64,000 nt of DNA, taken from contig OZ252287.1 in NCBI GenBank assembly GCA_965250085.1, positions 384,001 through 448,000 of the forward strand. Reading direction: 5' to 3'. Under the pieces are notes generated by a model. That model made no database searches. It was given only the letters and a program-made list of their open reading frames with translations, and was not told where the DNA came from. Source of the stretch: Candidatus Altimarinota bacterium (GTDB taxonomy: Bacteria; Patescibacteriota; Gracilibacteria; CAIRYL01). Shown here in pieces: positions 56,920 to 64,000 of the stretch. How positions within the stretch are numbered: position 1 is the stretch's first letter; each line of letters opens with the position of its first letter. A program made the translations under genes and the position numbers.

Positions 56920-58476
56920 TTAAGATTCTTCATCTCCTTTTCTATCAGAAGAGAGTCCTAATTCCTGCAGAAAGTATTCTTCCGGCACATCCTCTGGCGG
57001 AAGTTCATCTAAAGGCAGGTAATCCAGAGGATTTTGGACCACTCCATTTTCCCAGACTTCAAAATGCAAATGGGGACCTGTGGTCATGACTCCAGCTCCT
57101 TTGGTACCGATGGTTCCTCCTGTTTTTCCGATACTCTCTCCCTCCTGTACCAAATCTCCTTCTGTGACATCAAATCCTGAAACGTGTCCGTAAACAGTCA
57201 TGAGATTATTTCGATGAATGAGCACGATATAGGAATACCCTCTACCATTATCAATCGTTTTGTAGACATATCCCGCTGCTGGAGCACGGATTGAAGTCCC
57301 CTGAGGCGCTCGGATATCCAGTGCATTGTGCTCGACTCCAAATACTCTCTGGTAACTGGCATCCTTGAAATAAGAAGTAATTTTGAGTGGTTCTACTGAC
57401 CATGAAAATGGCTTTTTTCCGATATCTTGAAGGATAAATTCTTCCCCTGCTTCATATGAACTCTCTTCATCCAAAAGGAGCTGCTCCACACGGTCACGTG
57501 TTACGGATTTTTCAATTCCTTGTCTATTCTCTAAGGTTTCAAGCTTCCTGTTGATCGTATTGAGATCTGCTTGTAAGTCAGTGATCTGCTCCGCACTCTC
57601 TCTGAGTTGTGCTTTTGATTCTCTGAGGAGAATTTCAAACTGTTCTTGTTCTCCCTGCGTCTGAGTAATGAGGTCCTGTTGAGCTTTGCGTTGCAAACTC
57701 AAAGTCTGTTCTTGTTGGGCAAGTTCGTTTTGTAAACTGGTGAGAGAAGATCTTTCTCGTGAAAGAAGTGAATCGACTTCTTCCAGATTGAGCAGGGCTC
57801 CCTCCAAATCATGAAAAATGCTTCGCGCTGATTTTTCAAGTGCGGTAAAATGCATTTCATCTCTAAGATTTTGAGTAAATGAATCATCAGAAAGCACTAT
57901 GCTCAGTCCCGTTGTTACATCAAATGGTTGCAAACTTTCGGATTCTGTCTGGAGAAGTGAAAAGTAGGACATCACCACATCTTTTTGTACATCTGCTTCG
58001 GCATGAATCACCTCTTTTTCTTCCATTACCTTTGCCAGACCTGATTCTCTAACCGCAATCTGCTCTCCTGTCTTTTGTATTTTATATTCTGTTGTCTCCA
58101 GCTCATCTTGTAAGTATTCCAGTTGCCCATTGAGCGTAATAAGCCGTGAAGACAATATTCTGAGTGCTCGCTCTTTTTCTGCAATATCGTTTTGATGTGC
58201 ATCAAACTCCTGTAGGTATTCTTCAAGTTCTTCTTTGAGTTCGAAAAGGCGAGTTTGATGAGTGCTAATACGATCTGAGTATTTGCCTTCTATCTGCTCA
58301 TAATATCTCTGTACTTCCTCTTCAATACGATCAAGTTCTTCGGCTTTTCTTTTTTCAGCTGTTTGCTCGGATGCGAGCACCAAAAAGCTTCCCCCTACAA
58401 ACATAAATAAGAAGCTGAGAATTCCGAATGCAACACATGTTTTATAAAGGTATTGAAGCATAGAGAGAGAAAGCAT
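56920..58476 (-). CDS. Coiled-coil M23 peptidase (murein hydrolase/EnvC-like)
   Basis: N-terminal TM, long coiled coil, H.ALDI, YGH, TGPHLHFEV. Confidence 0.9.
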   Translation of the reverse strand: MLSLSMLQYLYKTCVAFGILSFLFMFVGGSFLVLASEQTAEKRKAEELDRIEEEVQRYYEQIEGKYSDRISTHQTRLFELKEELEEYLQEFDAHQNDIAEKERALRILSSRLITLNGQLEYLQDELETTEYKIQKTGEQIAVRESGLAKVMEEKEVIHAEADVQKDVVMSYFSLLQTESESLQPFDVTTGLSIVLSDDSFTQNLRDEMHFTALEKSARSIFHDLEGALLNLEEVDSLLSRERSSLTSLQNELAQQEQTLSLQRKAQQDLITQTQGEQEQFEILLRESKAQLRESAEQITDLQADLNTINRKLETLENRQGIEKSVTRDRVEQLLLDEESSYEAGEEFILQDIGKKPFSWSVEPLKITSYFKDASYQRVFGVEHNALDIRAPQGTSIRAPAAGYVYKTIDNGRGYSYIVLIHRNNLMTVYGHVSGFDVTEGDLVQEGESIGKTGGTIGTKGAGVMTTGPHLHFEVWENGVVQNPLDYLPLDELPPEDVPEEYFLQELGLSSDRKGDEES

Positions 58477-58650
58477 AAATATATCCCTCTAGTATAGCGA
58501 TTTTTTAAGGTTTTTTCAATGAGAAATACATTTTTCATGAAACTGAATCATGGGAAGAAATATTAAGAAAATATTAAAATTTGCTCTAACTTATTTGACT
58601 CTCTCATCATCTCAAAGATAATGGGGACCTATTTTTTGAACCCTATTCTT

Positions 58651-59352
58651 ATGAAAAGACTTTTTACTGGAATTTTCATTGGCATCTCTCTTTCAGCATC
58701 CCTCTCAGTTTTTGCTTTTTCAAAAAGCTTTCCTGATGTCAAAATTTCTGACTGGTTTTATAATGATGTCATGCAGATGGCTGAATGGGATGTCATTCGT
58801 GGAAATGGTGATGGGACATTCCGTCCAGAAAACAGTGTCAATCGTGCCGAATTGTCAGCAATGTGGAGTAGATATGAAGATCATTTGGAGCAGAAGTTCT
58901 ATACAAAAGAACAAGTGGATCAGATGATCAATATATCATCAAGTACTGTAACTCCTTCTGATATAGAGTCTTCAAAAACGATATCAGTAGGGTCTACAGG
59001 AACTCTCAATGGTGTCTCTCTATCTGTTAAAAGTATAGAAGATTATCAAGATGACATTTTTGATCCAAAAGAAGGAAACAGGTTTGTTTCTATGGATCTG
59101 TTTATAGAAAACAACAGCGGACAAACAATTAAAATCAATGCTTATCAATTTATTTTACGAGATTCTGAAAGCTACGAATACAATTACTCAGTTTCAACAA
59201 AGGAGCCTCAAATAAGTGTTGGAAAATTAGAAGATTCAAAAAGTCTTCGTGGCTTTTTGGTGTTTGAAGTACCTCAAGATGCACTTCTTGATGAATTAAA
59301 GTATGAGGTTGATTATGGCAGTCTTGGACAATTCTATGTCGATATAGAGTAA
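58651..59352 (+). CDS. SLH plus DUF4352-like secreted protein
   Basis: FPDV..SDWF, G..DGTFRP, NRAE; F.L.D...Y, L..G/S....G.L.FEVP. Confidence 0.8.
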   Translation: MKRLFTGIFIGISLSASLSVFAFSKSFPDVKISDWFYNDVMQMAEWDVIRGNGDGTFRPENSVNRAELSAMWSRYEDHLEQKFYTKEQVDQMINISSSTVTPSDIESSKTISVGSTGTLNGVSLSVKSIEDYQDDIFDPKEGNRFVSMDLFIENNSGQTIKINAYQFILRDSESYEYNYSVSTKEPQISVGKLEDSKSLRGFLVFEVPQDALLDELKYEVDYGSLGQFYVDIE

Positions 59353-59363
59353 TAAATCTCACG

Positions 59364-59391
59364 ATAGAGTCTCAAGATTTTGAGCCTCTCT
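59364..59391. repeat. Degenerate GTAG-type REP
   Basis: atagagtctcaagattttgagcctctc. Confidence 0.55.
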
Positions 59392-59461
59392 GCCTTGAAT
59401 CAATAGTGACAGATGTGATACGGTTGTCTCTAGGTTCATATAGCATTTTATCTTCTTTCCC

Positions 59462-60658
59462 ATGTATACAAAAGTAGCAAAATACTTGGTGACAAGCTTC
59501 TGCTTATTGCTGTTCACATACTTTTCCATTCCTACCCTTGCCCAAGAAGACACCTGTGCAGGATTTTTGGATGTTCCGGCAGATCATGAGCTCTGCTCGG
59601 CTATTTCATATGTAAAAGAACATGGTGTATTTGAAGGCTATCCAGATGGAACATTTCATCCTGATGCAGAAATTAATAGAGCAGAAGTGTTAAAAGTTTT
59701 TCTCAATACATTCTATAACACGATGTTTGACCCTTATAAAAATAATTTTCAAGAATTTCTAGATGTAAAAGTAACAGATTGGTATTTCCCATTTGTTCAA
59801 CGTGCAAAAAAATACAATTTTATAAGTGGATATATAGATGGAAGGTTCCATCCAGAAAGGAGTATCAATCGAGTTGAAATCCTTAAAATGCTCCTCAAAA
59901 TAACAGGTGAGATTGTTCCTGAAGGCATTGAAGAGTCTCCCTATAGAGATGTTCCAGTTGATGAGATGACTGAGTGGTATATCGGGTATGTACAGTTTTC
60001 GAAAGAAAACGATCTTTTTGATATTCCACTGAGCAATAAGTTTTATCCAGATCAGGCGGTGACACGAGGAGAAGTAGCTGAGTTGCTCTATCGCTATTGC
60101 CAAATATCTCAGTGTGCATTCAAAACAGAAGACCTGGATGCAGATGATCATGTGTATGGGAATACAGACGCCACAGTCTTACTGGTTGAATATTCTGATT
60201 TTGAGTGTCCATATTGTCAGAGATTTCATACAACCGTAAAAGAAGTGGTCGATAACTCTGAGGGAGAAGTCGTATGGGTATATCGTCATTTTCCTCTCAC
60301 TATTCATTTTGGAGCGCAAAAAAAAGCGGAAGGAAGTGAGTGCGCCGCAAAAATCGGCGGTGAGGAAGCTTTTTGGGAATACACTGAAACACTCTTTGCT
60401 GATGATGCGAATTATTCTGTCGAAGAATTAGGGGATCTCGCTTTTGAAATAGGACTGGATAAAAACGAATTCCAGGACTGTCTTGATTCCGGAGAAATGA
60501 TGAGTGCGGTGCAGAATGATCTTGAGAGAGGGTATAACGCTGGTGTTAATGGCACCCCTGGAAGCTTTGTCATCAACACAAAAACAAGAAAAGCATTGTA
60601 TGTCCCCGGAGCGGTCCCGATAGAATTTGTAGAACAAGCAATAGAGAGTGTTCGATAA
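59462..60658 (+). CDS. SLH plus DsbA-family thiol-disulfide oxidoreductase
   Basis: Three SLH repeats; EYSDFECPYC, YRHFPL, GVNGTP. Confidence 0.9.
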   Translation: MYTKVAKYLVTSFCLLLFTYFSIPTLAQEDTCAGFLDVPADHELCSAISYVKEHGVFEGYPDGTFHPDAEINRAEVLKVFLNTFYNTMFDPYKNNFQEFLDVKVTDWYFPFVQRAKKYNFISGYIDGRFHPERSINRVEILKMLLKITGEIVPEGIEESPYRDVPVDEMTEWYIGYVQFSKENDLFDIPLSNKFYPDQAVTRGEVAELLYRYCQISQCAFKTEDLDADDHVYGNTDATVLLVEYSDFECPYCQRFHTTVKEVVDNSEGEVVWVYRHFPLTIHFGAQKKAEGSECAAKIGGEEAFWEYTETLFADDANYSVEELGDLAFEIGLDKNEFQDCLDSGEMMSAVQNDLERGYNAGVNGTPGSFVINTKTRKALYVPGAVPIEFVEQAIESVR

Positions 60659-60705
60659 ATTTTTTCTCATCCTTTGCTTGCATCGCATGCGACAGATATA
60701 CCCCC

Positions 60706-60856
60706 CGTTGGTTCAAGTTAAGCCTATCCGCCTCTGGCGGGTAACTTGAATCATTTGTTTGAGAAACAATTTTTTGCATGGGAAAGGATTCATCGTATTG
60801 AAAAATAAAAGTTCAGATTGTCCTCCAGAGGCGGATAAACGAAATCTGAACCAACG
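60706..60856. repeat. Inverted doublet of family E hairpins, each with a TATCCGCCTCTGG loop insert
   Basis: cgttggttcaagtta[agcctatccgcctctggcggg]taacttgaa and, on the minus strand, cgttggttcagattt[cgtttatccgcctctggagga]caatctgaac. Confidence 0.8.
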
Positions 60857-60991
60857 AATAACCGAAGAATACTACACCGAAATAGACATGGGTAAAAAAT
60901 CATTTTCAGCAAGAGAAATGCTGACTCTTTCAAAGCAAGTTGGCATTGAGATGCCCTTTTGGAAGAAAAAATAGATCCCATTACTGAAGAA

Positions 60992-61019
60992 GGAGTGGCT
61001 CAAAATCTTGAGCCCCTAC
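60992..61019. repeat. GTAG-type REP
   Basis: ggctcaaaatcttgagcccctac, matching the REP inside the RAYT. Confidence 0.7.
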
Positions 61020-61027
61020 AAAAAATC

Positions 61028-62506
61028 TTACGATTCTTCTGTAGACTCCTCTTTTTTCGGTTTCTCTCTCCTTTTCCCCCCCGATCCGGCAAAAGATATC
61101 AATACGAGAAGAATGACAAAGACCCAAAAAATGCGATCCCATCTGCCCTGAGTGGAATTGACGGTAAGTATTTTGGTGCGGGGTTCTCCAGCAGAGTCGG
61201 TCACGATGAGCTCAATATGGCGGGTGCCGGAACGATTCATGAGGTACTCAACGCGTGATCCATTGCGCACGGTCCCATCGGGAAAATGCCATTCATACGT
61301 GAGCGGCCCTCCATCTGGATCATATGAAGAAGAAGCATCAAAATAGACCTTCTGCCCTTTTTCCACTTGCTCAGAACTGGCAGAAACGCTGAGTATCGGA
61401 CCAGGATTGCTGTCATTTTTGTCCGCATTGTCTCCCAGTCCATCATGATCGGAATCCTTGTGCTCTGTGGGGTCAAGCGGCAGATCATCTTCCCCATCTT
61501 CAAATCCATCTCCATCACTATCGTTTTTGAGAGGATCAGTCCCTGCTACCACTTCTTCCTCATCAAAAAATCCATCATTATCATCGTCCGCATCTGCATT
61601 ATCTCCGATGCCGTCATTATCCACATCACTTGTTTCTGAAGCATCTCTGGGGAATGAATCTGCAGAATCTACTGCTCCATCACCATCATCGTCTGGGTCA
61701 TCTTCATCTGGGATACCATCTTTATCCGTATCAAATGTTTTGGTGATGTCCAGAGGGAAATCATCTTCAGCATCTCCTACAGAGTCTCCATCAGTATCAA
61801 ATTTATAAGGATCAGTCCCTCGTACCCCCTCTGCATCATCACTCAAATCATCATTATCATCATCTGTGTCGGCATTATTTCCAATACCATCGTTATCAAA
61901 ATCTTCTGTTTCTCCACTATCGAGCGGAAACGCATCGGCCACATCTGGGACGGTATCATTGTCATCATCTGTATCCGTATTATTCCCCGTGCCATCTCCA
62001 TCGGTATCAGCCCACTCTGAGGGATCAAGTGGAAAGGTGTCCTTGTTATCAGCAGTTCCATCATTATCATCATCTGGATCCTTTTGATTTCCAATGCCAT
62101 CACCATCTGTGTCTTCATCCACAAAAAGTGGTTTGAGAATTTTATTATTCTCTACCCCTTCCCCCTCTTCTTCCCAAGGGAGAATGCGCACAGCAATAGG
62201 ATGTTCCCCTGACTGAGAAGGAGTGTATTGTACAAAAACCGTATCTTTGCCTCCTGCCAGCACGGATATGGTCTGATCTTGACCAATATGAGTCCCCTCT
62301 AATTCGTCAAAAAATTTTACAACTCCTCTTCTATCAACTTCCGAAAAATTAAAAACCGAAAGATAGATCGTTAAAGACTTTCCGACCACAGGGTCTCCTC
62401 CTTCAAATCGAATGGTATCTGTCGAAATTGCCAAATCCGCCCACACGGAAGGAAGGAATAAAAAAAAGGAAATGAAAAAAATACAGAATCGCATTATGTG
62501 CCTCAA
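61028..62506 (-). CDS. Surface protein: Ig/CARDB-like domain, thrombospondin type 3-like Ca-binding repeats, PKD domain, C-terminal TM
   Basis: D.DGDG.G...D.DDDND repeats, FDAS.SYDPDG..L.YEW, C-terminal TM. Confidence 0.85.
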   Translation of the reverse strand: MRHIMRFCIFFISFFLFLPSVWADLAISTDTIRFEGGDPVVGKSLTIYLSVFNFSEVDRRGVVKFFDELEGTHIGQDQTISVLAGGKDTVFVQYTPSQSGEHPIAVRILPWEEEGEGVENNKILKPLFVDEDTDGDGIGNQKDPDDDNDGTADNKDTFPLDPSEWADTDGDGTGNNTDTDDDNDTVPDVADAFPLDSGETEDFDNDGIGNNADTDDDNDDLSDDAEGVRGTDPYKFDTDGDSVGDAEDDFPLDITKTFDTDKDGIPDEDDPDDDGDGAVDSADSFPRDASETSDVDNDGIGDNADADDDNDGFFDEEEVVAGTDPLKNDSDGDGFEDGEDDLPLDPTEHKDSDHDGLGDNADKNDSNPGPILSVSASSEQVEKGQKVYFDASSSYDPDGGPLTYEWHFPDGTVRNGSRVEYLMNRSGTRHIELIVTDSAGEPRTKILTVNSTQGRWDRIFWVFVILLVLISFAGSGGKRREKPKKEESTEES

Positions 62507-62569
62507 ACAAAACTCATATGAAGAATAAATTTTGTGAACAAGAAAAGCAAGGAAATTTTATATTCTCTT

Positions 62570-63325
62570 TTAATTTAAGATTATTAAGGCTTCTTGTTGC
62601 AAATGTGATCGTATTCTATCCACTGCCCATTCTTCAGATTCTTCAATTGGAGCTCCACCTACTACGGCTCCATTTCTTCCAAAATCTGGAGAATTCAGTC
62701 GTCCACGACAAACAAAATGCATACAGTGTAGCTTTGATTCTTCTTCATCGGGATCGTCAGTAATTCCAAAATACCAATCTGGAGGATAATCAAAAATATG
62801 TCCCATGTTATCCCTAATTAATTCCCCAGTTGCCCAATATCCTCCATCTCTTTCATGTACGATGTCCAGAAGCCCTTGTAGAGATGGAGCTTCAAGAGGC
62901 AACAGGGAGAAAGTTGGTTCATAGTTTGCAGCGGAAGAAGCGAGCCATTTTCCACTTAGCCCTTGTGTTACTAGATGGGTATGTCTTTCTACCCATTGCC
63001 CATTTTCTGCATCCGCCCCATAGTGCGGGTGCATTTTTAATTTCCACGGTCCTCTGTTGTCTGCAGACTCTATAAGAAAAGCTTTTTGAAATTTTTCTCG
63101 ATGAAGTGTGGCAAGGTACCAAAGAGTGTAACTCGCTACCTCATCGCATAAGCCTTGTGAGTACATACGTAAATATTCATCAATCTTTCTATTTCCCGAT
63201 AGTTTTTGTTCTTCAAGATCTCCATTTCCTTCTAATTCTAGTACCACTATTTTTGCAAGAGCTTCAATAGAAGCATCTTGCAGAGCCTTGCCTTCCTGCG
63301 ATAAAGTTTTAGTGGACCTTGGCAT
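62570..63325 (-). CDS. Hypothetical protein (orphan)
   Basis: 251-aa ORF. Confidence 0.65.
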   Translation of the reverse strand: MPRSTKTLSQEGKALQDASIEALAKIVVLELEGNGDLEEQKLSGNRKIDEYLRMYSQGLCDEVASYTLWYLATLHREKFQKAFLIESADNRGPWKLKMHPHYGADAENGQWVERHTHLVTQGLSGKWLASSAANYEPTFSLLPLEAPSLQGLLDIVHERDGGYWATGELIRDNMGHIFDYPPDWYFGITDDPDEEESKLHCMHFVCRGRLNSPDFGRNGAVVGGAPIEESEEWAVDRIRSHLQQEALIILN

Positions 63326-63345
63326 TATTTCTCAACAAGAAAAGC

Positions 63346-63373
63346 ATTATATTTATTTTTTGCAAAAAGTCAA
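63346..63373 (-). promoter_or_regulatory. Putative sigma70 promoter TTGACT-16-TATAAT
   Basis: Near-consensus boxes 20 bp upstream of ORF 62570..63325. Confidence 0.55.
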
Positions 63374-63377
63374 CCAC

Positions 63378-63677
63378 ATGCTTCACATCGCCCTCATCGA
63401 CGATAAATCTTATGGACTCGAGCAAATCCACGAGCTTCATATGGGGACTCAATATGAGCTGGAATATTTTGAAAGTTTTAAAAAATTTCAAGAAGATAAA
63501 AAGATATATGATATTGTGTATCTTGATTACTATCTCGAAAAAGATGGAATCACTGGCGACATGGTGCTTCCTCAAGTACAACAAATGACACAGAAAGTGA
63601 TTGGATTTTCTAGTGTGGAAAGATGTAATGAGATGCTAAAAAAACTCGGAGCGGATGACACGGTACTCAAATTATAA
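63378..63677 (+). CDS. Stand-alone response-regulator receiver (CheY-like)
   Basis: IALIDD, DIVYLDY.L, G, FSS, GAD....K. Confidence 0.75.
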   Translation: MLHIALIDDKSYGLEQIHELHMGTQYELEYFESFKKFQEDKKIYDIVYLDYYLEKDGITGDMVLPQVQQMTQKVIGFSSVERCNEMLKKLGADDTVLKL

Positions 63678-63820
63678 ATTTTGAATGTTGAATTTTAAAT
63701 TGGCGATCTTTTGCCCATGTTGTTATTCCTGCGAAGGCAGGAATCTGGTCTTCAAAAAATGAAGAAATCCTGAAGCATTTCGATCGAGCTTGTTCGTTAC
63801 AAACAAGCCTGGGGTGACAG
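63675..63820. repeat. Heptamer array plus ATTCCTGC..GCAGGAAT palindromic element ending TGACA
   Basis: aattttgaatgttgaattttaaatt; tgttattcctgcgaaggcaggaatct...cctggggtgaca. Confidence 0.7.
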
Positions 63821-63866
63821 TTATCCTAAATTTCGATACACTTTTTCAGCTTTTTTAAAGAATCTC

Positions 63867-64000
63867 TTGGCTTCTCACCTCTTTACTTCCGAGTCAGTTA
63901 CTGAAGGGCATCCAGATAAAATCTGTGACCAGATTTCTGACGCTATTCTGGATGAGGCGCTTGGGCAAGACCCTGATGCTCGGGTCGCAGTTGAATGTGC
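63867..64000 (+). CDS. metK: S-adenosylmethionine synthetase (5' part, TTG start)
   Basis: [25 protein letters not shown]...DARVAVE. Confidence 0.96.
   Translation, partial: MASHLFTSESVTEGHPDKICDQISDAILDEALGQDPDARVAVEC

Noticed and set aside
60573-60981. Short ORFs sharing a PPEAD peptide as a small protein family
   Set aside because: The shared peptide is a translation of the inverted DNA repeat, not evidence of coding

Overview
This is a chromosomal window from a small-genome bacterium, most likely Patescibacteria/CPR (Peregrinibacteria-like). The taxon is inferred from the standard genetic code, U-rich non-Shine-Dalgarno starts, an archaeal-type TPI, many SLH proteins and pyrH-frr-rseP lacking the lipid genes. 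Housekeeping genes (fusA, priA, map, tpiA, pyrH, frr, alaS, alr, rpsF, rpsR, pgk, clpP, metK; tRNA-Phe, -Glu, -Val) are interleaved with single orphan genes. Three features stand out. (1) At 37.4-46.9 kb, four secreted mosaic fibre/tailspike-like proteins are built from shuffled shared modules, next to a membrane-anchored partner. (2) At least five families of tiny repeats (GTAG REPs, CCCCT..AGGGG hairpins, 7-9-mer tandem arrays, CTGAGC..CGAA and CCGCC..GGCGG hairpins) nest inside each other, inside the priA and RAYT coding sequences and inside a duplicated tRNA-Glu 5' half; candidate mobilisers (RAYT, four-helix bundle protein, GIY-YIG) are in the window. (3) An AT-rich restriction-modification islet with an IS1595-family element lies at tRNA-Val. 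All calls come from motif recognition by eye; no searches were run.
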